A stretch of 34,047 nt of DNA, from NCBI RefSeq assembly GCF_000143415.4, contig NW_003314304.1:1255982-1290028 (forward strand). Reading direction: 5' to 3'. The notes under the pieces are model-generated. The model made no database searches. It was not told where the DNA came from and saw only the letters and a list, made by a program, of their open reading frames with translations. Origin of the DNA: Selaginella moellendorffii (taxonomy: Eukaryota; Plantae; Lycopodiophyta). The position numbers were made by a program, and so were the translations under genes. This document shows positions 23,501 through 34,047 of the stretch, piece by piece (position 1 is the stretch's first letter; each line of letters opens with the position of its first letter).

Positions 23501-23714
23501 TGGAGGAAACGCGTGACAGACTACGAGAGTGGATCGGAAGAAGCCAAAGAGATAACGCAGAGAGTGAATGCTGCTGAAATGGCGTTTGAATGGTTTGGAG
23601 GTATCCCCTGGTTTCTTTGGGATGTAGAAGCAAACGGTCTGACTGTGGAAGCTTTCGAAAGGGATTGAAGCACCTGAGTATGGTTCTGACTCCTGATTTT
23701 GTCCTTCAAGCGTT

Positions 23715-23930
23715 TTGAGCGTTGGTGGTCCAGCGCATCTTCATGCTCTCAAACATGCTCCTGGCGGCGCTCAAGTTGAAACTTGCGTGAGAGCTATCCA
23801 GCAGACAATGGTCTTGCGCAGGATCTCGTGAACGGCCTTGTCAAAATGCCCATTCTCGCAAATGCGAGGATCCACGGTACTGGATTCTTCTCCGGGATTT
23901 GACTGAAGCTGTTCTTCGTGAGGGCAACGA
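23715..23930 (-). pseudogene. PLS-class PPR fragment
   Basis: NSFSQIPEKNPVPW-ILAFA/ENGHFDKA, TIVCWIAL, NLSAARSMFESM; frameshifted. Confidence 0.65.
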
Positions 23931-25226
23931 CGCCTTGGATGGTCCTAATGATGGAAGTCGTTGCAATTCTTAGGATACTACTTTATCCATCACGAATAGC
24001 ATCAATACAGTAATCACTTCGAAGCTTTTAAAATAGGATCTACATATTTTGTCTTGGTAATGGGAGATTTCACTTCCTGAACATAGTCGCTTCTATATAT
24101 CAGGTGAAGCAAGATCTAACGTCCACATCTTGATTGATTTCATTTGCTGTTAAATCCATCCATTTTTTGAATTTTTTTTGTGTGTGGCTATCTGGCACCA
24201 GGAATCGTCTAAAATCCATGGTGAGGCTCTTTGGGTATCGAGGTTTCTTCATTTGAATCCTTGGAATCTTTCAGTTTTCGGTTTTCGACATCCAAGCCGG
24301 CTCCCTTTCGTCCTTGGGCGGCTGGATGCCTTGGGTGATCGCCGCATTTTGCCGCGTCTTGGCGTCCGGAAGGGATGTGTCAGGGAGCGAAGCAATTGCG
24401 TCAGAATAGATGCAGCTGAGCTCCTGGACCAGCTCGTCCCAAGTCCGGCACGACAGGCCCGTTGTGTAGTTGAGAGAGGGGATGGAAAACGTCGCCTTTG
24501 TCTGGGTGTAACCGGATGGAGAGCTCTGAGGGATTCAAGCCACCCAAACATCGAGAGAGAGATGGCAGCTTTCTGCTGCACAGACACCTCGCGAAACTGT
24601 AGCCGCACTAAAATCTAACGGTTTGGATGGTATATTCTAAGATATCCTTTAATCCAACGGCTGTGATGTATCGCTCTTAACCTTTTATTTGTTTGTAGTT
24701 ACCACTAATATAAACTGCGTTTAAATGTTCATTCTCATTCACTATTTCTAGCTTGTTGTCTAGCCTCTTTCTTGTTCAAATGGTGAGGAAGGCTTGCATA
24801 TGCTGGCAGGGTCATCGAGAATTCAATGGCACAACATTGTGTGTGATTGATAGATTATGCTGAAGTGACAACTGATGAGAATTTGGTATATATGATCGAA
24901 TTGGTAAGCTCAATGGCATGTTTGTGCTGTTTGTGTGCTACTGGAGCAAATCAAATATATATCTTCCCTTCCACAAAATTTGATTGCATGAGTACAGTGG
25001 AGATGCACCTAAGTTAATGTTTGTTTAAGTCTGTAATAATGGATTCCATTGATTACAAGTTTGGTTTTGCTTCTTTACTATGATCTAGTACCAACTTAAC
25101 AACACAGTTAATCTTAGGTGAGATTTTGAGGAGAGCCACTCTCACTAGTAGATTGTATAGTGTTAAGAAAAAGGAAAATAATAAAATGGTCCAGAAACTC
25201 AACACAGTTAATTTAATAACAAAATA

Positions 25227-25374
25227 ATGAAATAGTGTTCATGTTAGGGGGCGACCCTAACACCGTATTATTCTTAATTGAAAGTCGAGGCGGATGGGAA
25301 TCGAACCCAGCAACCCTTCACAATAGAACATTACAGCGTGCATGCTATAACCACAAAGCCATGAACACTGGGAG
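25227..25374 (-). mobile_element. tRNA-derived SINE-like short element, ~148 bp
   Basis: A-box-like TGGCTTTGTGG and B-box GGTTCGATTCC; flanking 11-bp direct repeat ATAACAAAATA at 25216-25226 and 25375-25385. Confidence 0.5.
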
Positions 25375-25429
25375 ATAACAAAATATTATTTCAGCACCTC
25401 TTATTTGAAAAACAAGATTTGGAATCCAT

Positions 25430-26000
25430 CTGATTGTCCACGTGGACGACATCCAGGGGCTGCGAGGCCACGCGCGGATCCTGGAGAGCAGCTACTGGCC
25501 GAATCAATACCGTCTTCATCCGGCATGAAATCAAAGATTTCTTCCTCTGCTATTCACTGCTGGAAGGGGAACCCATGGAACGTCCTGTCATTCTGGGCAG
25601 TAGATTCGTCCAGGACACCAGATCCTTGGCCCGCGTTTTTGCCCAAGCTCGATTTCGCTGCCACAATTTGCCCCTGCTGCGCGAGAGCCATTATCATCGA
25701 GTTCCATGGCGCTCTGAGACGCAATCAAACATAGACTCTCACTCTCGGATGCGGGATGCCGCCACATACGCGGTGACCATCGCGTTCCAGGAGACGATCC
25801 TAATCGAACAAGATTGACGCCGCATCGATCGAATGCCCTGTTCTTGCTGCTCGCATTTGCCAGCGAAAGGGAATATCGCGCGATCCAAGAGCCTGAACCC
25901 GGCGCGGCGGCGTGGATCATTCGGGGGGATCGGCACGAGAGAAGATTTAGCTCCAGCAACGCTGCCGAGAGCGACTTTGCGGAGAAGAGAAATCCCTCGT
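25430..26000 (-). pseudogene. PLS-class PPR pseudogene fragments
   Basis: IVSWNAMVTAY, RAFDR, AKDLVSWTNLL, EEIFDFMPDED; multiple frameshifts. Confidence 0.7.
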
Positions 26001-27049
26001 TCATACAAAAAAATTTGATTGGGTCTCTGGCTGTGGGTTCGAACCTGTGACCTTGCCAATATATTTTTTTATTCTAGCCAGATATCCGGCCATCAGGTTC
26101 CCGTCCAAAGTGTACACTAATTGCTTCTTAACGTATACCATAATGTAAACAGCGGCGCAAGAGATTTTCGTTTTGTGGGCGCATGGCGCGCAGCGCGTTG
26201 CTGCTGTCAAGCTCAAGAAAGAAACCATTCTCTTCTTGATGGAATGAAACTCTCACTTTCTCCATGCTCTGGCGAGGCCATGGCAAACAAAACGGGTTGG
26301 ATGGACTCTGCATCTCAATCTGAGCAAGCAGCTGATGCAGAAGCTATTTTTGAGAAACAAAGTATAAGTATGCTGCAACAAGAACCAGCAACATCCGTTT
26401 AAGATATTGTTCTGGAAGATGGCTTGTCTGAGCTCGAGTTTGATTTGATCCAGGCACCATGGTCCCGGGAATCTATTCTTCACTTGGTTGTCCAAGCTGG
26501 AGGTCCATAGGTTTGGATCCTTTCAAATCCTCGGGGCGTGAGACTCTGGAGCTCCAAGTTTTGATGCCTTCTCTTGGCAATAATATAATATATTGCTCTG
26601 AAACCGTGAAAGCTTACTCACCCGCAAACAAAACTCCAGGGTTGCACCAGAGATCCAATAAACCTGTGAGAGCCTTGACCAAGCTCAAACTCAATCAGCT
26701 CAGAGCAAGCTTTCTCAAAAGTTTCCAAAGAGCAGATGGCATAACACAAAAAACGTATACCAGGTCACCAACTCATCTCATCACAAGTTGCGTTGTGGTC
26801 ACTCCACGCCTTGGATGTTGATGAACTACAGGCCTCCATTTTATCTTGGAAAATGCTCGAGGCCAAAGGGTGGCGAAGATGAGGAATGAAGCGATCTGGA
26901 CTGGACAAGAGTATAAGCAAAATGAGCACGAGAAGAACCATACATACCGCGGAAAAGCAGTGCTTGTGCTTGTGAGCCTAGTTTGAAGATGTCTGAGACT
27001 GAGAAGAAAGACCATGCTGCTCGACTCATAGAGCACGCCCGGCAGCAGC

Positions 27050-27620
27050 ACACCGCCCGGGTAAAGAGCCCCCTGGATCGAAAATGTGCAGCAGTAGCGT
27101 ATAATGGCGGTGGTTTTCCATGGCATCGTTCTTGAGCCTTGACGAGGAGGTGCCATCCAGCGAAGATTTGCAGGAAGGAGGAGCGATCTCCAGCGGTGGG
27201 CGCCTGGGCGGTGAGCACAGATCTGGGAGGGGGAAGGCGCATCCACGAGGAAAATCGTCTCCAGCGGCCTCGAGGTTCCTTGCTAATCTGGTCATAGAAA
27301 GGTATGGAAAGTGCAGGCGCTGGAAATCTTCCAGAAGATGAAAGATCGAGGTTCTTTCTCGTGGAAGATTGCGATCGCGGCATTTGCCCTTGTTACTCTT
27401 TTTCGAGCATCCAGTTATTTCTCTTGGCAGCTATCAATGCCGATCCGGGGGAGATCCACGCGCTAATCATCGCCGCGTTACGGTGCTCCGTTGGCGAGCA
27501 TGCCATCGCCGAGATCTTCTTCTGCCAGGAACTGGACAGAAACTTGCATCGGGTGGAACCAGGGCATTGCCGTGTGAGCTCGAGACTGGCATCCCAGCCT
27601 GATCGGCGCCACATCCCAAT
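27050..27620 (+). pseudogene. PLS-class PPR pseudogene
   Basis: GKRIHEE / RFLANLVIERYGKC, IHALII, LHRVE; frameshifted. Confidence 0.75.
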
Positions 27621-27769
27621 CGCCGCCCCAAGCTCCAATTACTACAACGACAAGCCAAAGATGGTGACGGTGTTATTGTCTCAGCTCCAGGACTGCGAGG
27701 AGATCAGACAGCAGGGGTATGGCCTCCTCCAAAGGCCGTGGTTGATTTACCCTCCAGCAGTAGTCTTTC

Positions 27770-28060
27770 AACCAGGCCTGGAGCGGGCCTTCTGCCAACT
27801 TAAGTCGAGGTTCCTGGTGTTTCTCACCATGTGTTTCTCACCTGGATCTCCGCCACATCGCCATTGATAGCTGCAAGAATTCGATCGACGAGCATTTGCT
27901 GGGCAAATGCGTTCCAGAAGAAAACATTTCCATCTTCCATTTTGTGGAGGACACCCAAGGCATCCGCGGTGCGCCCACACTTTCCATACATTTCCATGAT
28001 GAAATTCGCGAGGAATCTATGACGATCAGAGCAGCGTCTCCTCCTCGTCGTCAAGAACAA
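27770..28060 (-). pseudogene. PLS-class PPR pseudogene fragment, inverted relative of 27050-27620
   Basis: DRHRFLANFIMEMYGKCGRTADALGVLHKMEDGNVFFWN. Confidence 0.8.
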
Positions 28061-28135
28061 TGCGATGGAACCATTCGTTAACTACAGGTAAGCTTCGTCA
28101 AAATAGCAAATGTCGCAAGGACAGCGATACCAGAG

Positions 28136-28437
28136 GTGACGCTGCCACCATTGGGCGACCTGGATAACGATATGCTGCTCTGCACTTTTGCTCGCATTCC
28201 AACAAGGAAGTTCCTCACCCGAGAAGCGCTTGTCTGCTGCGCTTGGCTGGATGATCCGGTCTGGCTCAAACCAAGACAAGCCTTCAAACAATACCTCGCA
28301 AAGCAAACATCACAAGCATTGCTTTTGTGATTTAAAGCGGTATGTATATACTCTTGTCCAGATTGTTCAAGAACGCAGAAGAGATTGTCTTGAGCTTCAT
28401 TCCTCACCTTTGCCACCTTTCGATTTTCGCCAAGCGA
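28136..28437 (+). pseudogene. F-box protein fragment abutting an LTR
   Basis: LGDLDNDMLLCTFARIPTRKFLTREALVCCAW resembles the F-box consensus L.DLP.D.L..IF.RLP...L....LVC..W. Confidence 0.5.
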
Positions 28438-28712
28438 TGTGAAGAGGTGTGAAAACTCCTCTTTGCTGGAAATCTATTGTTAGTAAGAAAACAAAAGAGA
28501 AAAAGGCCCGATCTCCAAGGGTAGAGAAGAAGCACGAGAAAAAGAATGTTGTGTATTGATAAGAAAAACGATGGAATGGAGATAGGTATCCACAATTCAG
28601 ATTCCCCCTTTTGAAAGGCTAGCAGTTCTAACTGCTAGCATATACTATATGCTGTGCATGATTTAATCTATGGCTCCAATGCAGCCCTAGGTTCAAAGTC
28701 GGAGTCGATACA
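28438..28712 (-). repeat. Putative 3' LTR (~275 bp) of the gypsy element
   Basis: On the minus strand, purine tract AGGGGAGCAGAG precedes TGTATCGAC.. and the segment ends ..CTCTTCACA. Confidence 0.55.
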
Positions 28713-30096
28713 CTCTGCTCCCCTGACAGAACTAGACACCGTCCTCGGTGCGAACATAGTCAGTTTCCATCGCTTGTTGCTACTGCTGCTCAAGTTGATA
28801 GAGGCGACGTTTTTGCTGCGGGAGTGTAAGCTTGTGGTTAGGGACATTGTCTGGTGGATCTGTCCCATCTTCCTGGAGGTCAGCTACCTCAGCCAGCAGG
28901 GTGGTATGATCATCCTCGAGCTTTCAGTAGCGGGTGTTGAGCTCTTCGTATTTGAATTTGTAGGTGAATTCGTGAGCTGCTGATGGGGTTGATGGCTACT
29001 TGGAGATGATCTTCCTGATGTCCTAGAGGTCAGTGCAAATCTGCTTCATCTCTTTGAGCTGAGCATCCAGCTGGTGGTTTAAAGGCTCATAGAATTCCTT
29101 CTTGATCGCTCCCCGGGTGTATATGAAGGAGTCTTGCTTGAGAAGATGCTGTGCAATGTCGGCTCATGTTGGGAAGTAGTTTGCTTGCTCGTGGTGCATG
29201 CGTTGATCAAGGGCTTCAAACAACTTGCAGGTGTAGTAGCTTGGGTCGCGAAGTTTATCTTCATACTCCTTCCTGATCTCGTCATAATCATGGCATACCT
29301 GACTTTGTGGCTGAGGCATAGCTGCTGCTCCTACTCCTGCTCTGTGATCCTGGTGTTTCTCACTGTGTTCTTGGTCCCAGGAGTTGAGTTTGCTTTGTTG
29401 GATGTGGGTGACGTGGTTGGGCCAGATTCTTTGAGGTGGTTGGAGATGAGCTTTTCAGTTTGATGGTGGATGAACGGCCCAGATGTGGCACTGAAATTAA
29501 TTTATCCATTTGGAAATTTTTCGCTTGGAATTTTGTTGAAGGGGCGGAATTTTTGTGAATGCTGGTCGTGGTATTTGCTGGAGGAGGCATGGTTGTGTGT
29601 TCTTCAAGTGATTGGTGAAGGTAGTCAATGTTTTCTTTTGTGGAACGTGTCGAGGAGGTCGAGGCGTTGAGAATGTTGTTCTCAGCTGGTGGAGAAATTG
29701 AGTTCAGGGCGAGCAGCTGACGTTTTTCTTTGGCGATGTTGATGTGTTTGTGAGAAATTGTCGGTTTTGGGGCTGATTCGAGTGGATGCAGGCTTTGGGG
29801 TGAGTGTGGATGGTGGTGTGAGTTATCTTCATTGTCGCTGATGATGAGGTGCTCTCAGATCAGCGGTGGCGGCGAAGTGGAGTTGAATTGTTGGAGTGTT
29901 TGTTGCTGGAGCTGGTGTTGTTGGAGTGAGTTGAGCCTGATTGTTGAGATGTTGGCTTCGGTTTCTTGCTGGGAGTTGCTCCTTCTGATTCTGACTGTTC
30001 TTCAGAGCTGTCACTTTGTTCTGTGGAGTTCATTTGGGTTGTCCACGGTTGTTTGTTGGGAAGAGCTTAGTGTAGAGCGATCAGCAGTGGGAATAT

Positions 30097-30701
30097 NNNN
30101 NNNNNNNNNNNNNNNNNNNNNNNNNNNNNNNNNNNNNNNNNNNNNNNNNNNNNNNNNNNNNNNNNNNNNNNNNNNNNNNNNNNNNNNNNNNNNNNNNNNN
30201 NNNNNNNNNNNNNNNNNNNNNNNNNNNNNNNNNNNNNNNNNNNNNNNNNNNNNNNNNNNNNNNNNNNNNNNNNNNNNNNNNNNNNNNNNNNNNNNNNNNN
30301 NNNNNNNNNNNNNNNNNNNNNNNNNNNNNNNNNNNNNNNNNNNNNNNNNNNNNNNNNNNNNNNNNNNNNNNNNNNNNNNNNNNNNNNNNNNNNNNNNNNN
30401 NNNNNNNNNNNNNNNNNNNNNNNNNNNNNNNNNNNNNNNNNNNNNNNNNNNNNNNNNNNNNNNNNNNNNNNNNNNNNNNNNNNNNNNNNNNNNNNNNNNN
30501 NNNNNNNNNNNNNNNNNNNNNNNNNNNNNNNNNNNNNNNNNNNNNNNNNNNNNNNNNNNNNNNNNNNNNNNNNNNNNNNNNNNNNNNNNNNNNNNNNNNN
30601 NNNNNNNNNNNNNNNNNNNNNNNNNNNNNNNNNNNNNNNNNNNNNNNNNNNNNNNNNNNNNNNNNNNNNNNNNNNNNNNNNNNNNNNNNNNNNNNNNNNN
30701 N
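30097..30701. other. Assembly gap (N)
   Basis: Run of Ns. Confidence 1.
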
Positions 30702-30946
30702 TGAAACCTGTAACTGTTGGTTGGCTGATTGTGTGGCGCTCAATTGTTGGTGATGAATGGTAGAGATTTGTTGACGGAATTGATGTGGTTTGATTTGGCT
30801 TGATTGCAGATCAATGGTGGATATTGCTGATGAAGTTAACTCAAGTTCAACTATTGATATTTGCTCAGGTGGCATTGATCCAACAGTAGCTTGGGACTTA
30901 GAGATTTTTGCTGCTGTTTATTGCTGAAGTTGGTGGATGAGTTCGT

Positions 30947-30975
30947 GTTGAGTTGAGTTGAGTTGAGTTGAGTTG
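30947..30975. repeat. (GTTGA)n microsatellite
   Basis: About 6 tandem units. Confidence 0.9.
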
Positions 30976-31089
30976 TGTCGAACTGATTTGAGTTAAAGTT
31001 TGTCTGCTGGGGTGAGTGTTGATTGTTGGTTTTGGGGTGTTTGTCAGTTTGGGTCGGAAATTTGCTGAGGTGCTGATGCTGAATATGTC

Positions 31090-33995
31090 GACGTGATATG
31101 GTCGAAGCTTGTTGAGGTTGACGATCTCAATGAAGTCTTCAGCGAGTGTGCTGACTTTGGCGGTGCCGTTGGGGTATAATTCAATGATTTTGAAAGGTCC
31201 TTGCCATTTGGTGTGGAGTTTTCGGCCAACTTTGCCGATGGGTCCTCGGTATCAGAGAACATGATCGTCAACGTTGTATTTGGGAATGTTATACCGGGAT
31301 GCTTGTCAGTCATGCCGAGCTTTTCTCTGTTTTTGGATGGCGTGAAGTGTCCAGAGGGCGTTGAGTCGGAGTTCGTCGAGATGTTCAAGTTGCTGAAGCC
31401 TTTCTCGAACTGCATGTTGCTGTTGCTTTCGCTGTGGCATGTCGGAGAGGTATTGCTTCGGCCCACTTGGTAGTGTAATCGGTGGTGATGATGATGTACT
31501 GATTTCGTTGACGGGTGCTGACTTGGGGTCCGACAAAGTCGAGTCCCCATTTCTGAAATGGTGCCATTGGGAATGTTGGGTTGAGTTGTTGAGTCTGAGT
31601 TTTTTGGCAGTAATCGGTGTCAATGATATGTGTCGCAGAATTTGTAGAATTCTTCAGTGTCATGCCAGAGTGTCGGCCACCAAAGGCTGGCTTGAAGAAT
31701 CTTCCGAGTTGTGGTGTCAATGCTGAAGTGTCCGCTAGAAGGTCCATTGTGAGCTTCCTTGATGATTTGAGTTGTGCTTGGCAGCTTGATGCATCGGCGA
31801 AGAATGTTGTCAATTCCTAGTTTGTAGAGCGTGCCTCTGATGAATGAGTATCGTTGGGTTTTAGCAACAAAAGTCTTCTTTTGGTCGGACGTAGTGTACT
31901 GTTCTGGAACTTTTGCTGAGTTCAGGTAACTGAATACGTCGTCAACCCAGGTTGCTGGTATTGAAACTCGGAATAGGTTTGAGTCGGGTAAGTCATCAGT
32001 AAGTCTTTCGGGTTTGTCGCCGGTGGTGATCCAGCTGAGATAATCTGCTTGCTTGTGATTTTTGCTGGGTTTGTGGATGATCTCAAAGTTGTATTCTTGT
32101 AGTAAAAGGAACCATCTTAATATTCGACCAGATAGTATCGGCTTGTTGATGAGGTAAAGGAGTGCCTTGTGGTTGACAAAAAGGACAACTTTGGTTGACA
32201 GTATGTAGTGTCGGAACTTTTGAAGTGAGTAGATCATGCCGAGAGCTTCTTTCTTGGTGGTGGTGTAATTTCGTTCAGCTGGGTTGAGTAGTCAGCTGGC
32301 GTAGTAGATTGGTTGATCTCAATTGTCATGTTGAGTTTGGCTGAGCATTGCACTAGTGACAATGTCGGAAGTGTCGACATGAATGTGGAACTCTTGTGTC
32401 CAGTTGGGCTTGGAAAGGATTGATGCTGTTGTTAGTTTGAGTCAGAAATTGTCGAATGCTTGTTGCTATTCAAACGTCCATGTCCATTGGGCATCTTGCT
32501 TCAGTCCANNNNNNNNNNNNNNNNNNNNNNNNNNNNNNNNNNNNNNNNNNNNNNNNNNNNNNNNNNNNNNNNNNNNNNNNNNNNNNNNNNNNNNNNNNNN
32601 NNNNNNNNNNNNNNNNNNNNNNNNNNNNNNNNNNNNNNNNNNNTTCTCCAGGCATTTAAGATGTTGATCTTCCGAGCTGAAAACGCTGAAGTCATCCATG
32701 AAGACTCTCATGAAGTCGGTGAGGTATTCTCGGAAAGTGTTGGTGATGAGCCTTTGGAAGGTGAATGGGGCGTTGCAGAGTCCAAAAGGCATTCGTCGGT
32801 AAGCATAGGCTCCCCATGGACTGATGAATGCTGTCTTGTGCTGATCTTCTTCGGCAATGTAAATTTGGTTATAGCCAGAGAAACCATTGAGGAAGGAGTA
32901 CATCTCGTGTCTGGCGACTGCGTCAAGAACTTCGTTGGTAAATGGTATCGGGAAAACATCTTTTTCAGTGGTGTCGTTGAGCTGTTTATAGTTGACGCAG
33001 ATTCGAAGTTTGCCATTTTTCTTCGGCACAACCACCAATGGTGAAAGCTAAATCGGATTCTGAATCGGGTAGATGTACTCAACTTGGAGAAGCTTGTCGA
33101 GTTCTTTCTTTACTTGTTCCATCAGATTCAGATTCATCCGGTAGGCTGCTTGTCTTCTTGGTTTTGAGTCTGGAAGAAAGGTGATGGTGTGAAGGCTGAG
33201 TTTTGGCAAAATTCCCTTAAGGTCTCGATAACTCCAAGTGAACAAGTGTTTCTTCTTTCGGAGAAGATTGATGCCTTTGTCTCAAAAACTTGCCAAGATG
33301 TCGGGGGCGAGTACAATGTAGTGTTCATTCCCGTCGTTGGCAAGGCTGAATTTTTTGAGTTTTTGGTCGGTTGGAATTGACAGAATGTAGGCAACTTTGT
33401 TGTGGTTGTTGACTGTGAATGCCGGTGGCGCTTCGAGTTTTGTATCTCGAGTGACTGGATTTTTCAGTGCTGATGTAATCGGGGGTCGTTCTCATTGGAA
33501 GTCAGCGACAATTCGGAAGAGGTCGATCTTGGCCAAAGGTTTGAGATCGGGGTAGGTTTTGAGAATTTGTTGTTCTTCATAGTCGTCGAGGCCATCTTTG
33601 AGATTATATTCTTCCAAGTCAATAGATCAGTTGTGGCTGGACAGCGATTTGGTCGCTTTTGTCGACATAGTCTTCGGTCCGTCTGGTCTGCAAAGGATAA
33701 GATTGTCATTGGGCCAATCTTGATAAACTTGGGCAGTTCGGAGCCAAGGTCGACCGAGGAAAATCGAGTATCCATTGGTCTGCTCTGGTAGTTTGAGGAC
33801 GACATAGTTGACTGGTATTTCAACGCCTTGAATGGTGGGGTTGACTTTTCGGATGATGCCTTTGGGTTGAATAGATCGGTGGTCGGCCATTCGGACATTG
33901 AAAGGTGCTGGGTGGACTGGGCCGATGTTGAGTTGTTGAACAAGACTTTCTTCAATAATATTAACGCTAGAGCCGCCGTCAATTATGGCTCCTCA
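31090..33995 (-). pseudogene. pol: gypsy pol: protease, reverse transcriptase, RNase H, integrase with DDE core deleted
   Basis: IIDGGSSVNI; LGRPWL; KKNGKLRICVNYKQLN; YSFLNGFSGYNQI; RMPFGLCNAPFTFQR; VFMDDF; KFRHYI; RWFLLLQEY; EAHNGPSSGHF..CDTY; PFQKWGLDFVGP; KWQGPFKI. Stops and frameshifts throughout. Confidence 0.95.
32509..32643. other. Assembly gap (N)
   Basis: Run of Ns. Confidence 1.
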
Positions 33996-34047
33996 AACAA
34001 GGTGTTTGTCGAGTCGTAGGTTAATTGTCAGAACATCATTGTCACAA

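Larger units (their letters stand above)
28438..34047 (-). mobile_element. Degenerate non-chromoviral Ty3/gypsy LTR retrotransposon, continuing beyond the window end
   Basis: Domain order PR-RT-RH-INT followed by a long 3' region and an LTR; linkage across two N-gaps is assumed. Confidence 0.85.

Noticed and set aside
24610-24665. MSA-like AACGG promoter motifs
   Set aside because: No intact gene can be tied to them, and the motif is common in plant repeats.
25290-25368. Functional tRNA-Tyr
   Set aside because: The acceptor and anticodon stems do not pair convincingly; kept only as a SINE-like element.

Overview
Eukaryotic land-plant draft-genome window with three N-gaps, ~50-130 bp GT-AG introns and abundant PLS-class PPR debris. 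This resembles the lycophyte Selaginella, but the species is an inference. Two genes look intact and sit head-to-head: an intronless GDSL esterase/lipase (+) and a multi-exon gene ending in a strongly diverged MacroD-type macrodomain (-). The rest is repeat-rich and decayed. It holds a chromovirus-like Ty3/gypsy gag remnant, a non-chromoviral Ty3/gypsy element with its 3' LTR, and a 5'-truncated methylesterase pseudogene. It also holds PPR and F-box fragments, nested segmental duplications, and two dispersed, transition-riddled 18S rDNA pseudogenes. Four small structurally complete mobile elements are readable from the sequence: a 288-bp MITE (27-bp perfect TIRs, 4-bp TSD, empty site in the window), an 887-bp TRIM (LTRs, PBS, PPT, 5-bp TSD), a 632-bp non-autonomous hAT (8-bp TSD), and a ~150-bp tRNA-like element with 11-bp flanking direct repeats. 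I found no CRISPR array and no convincing new multi-gene system. The best novelty candidates are the divergent macrodomain gene and these small elements.
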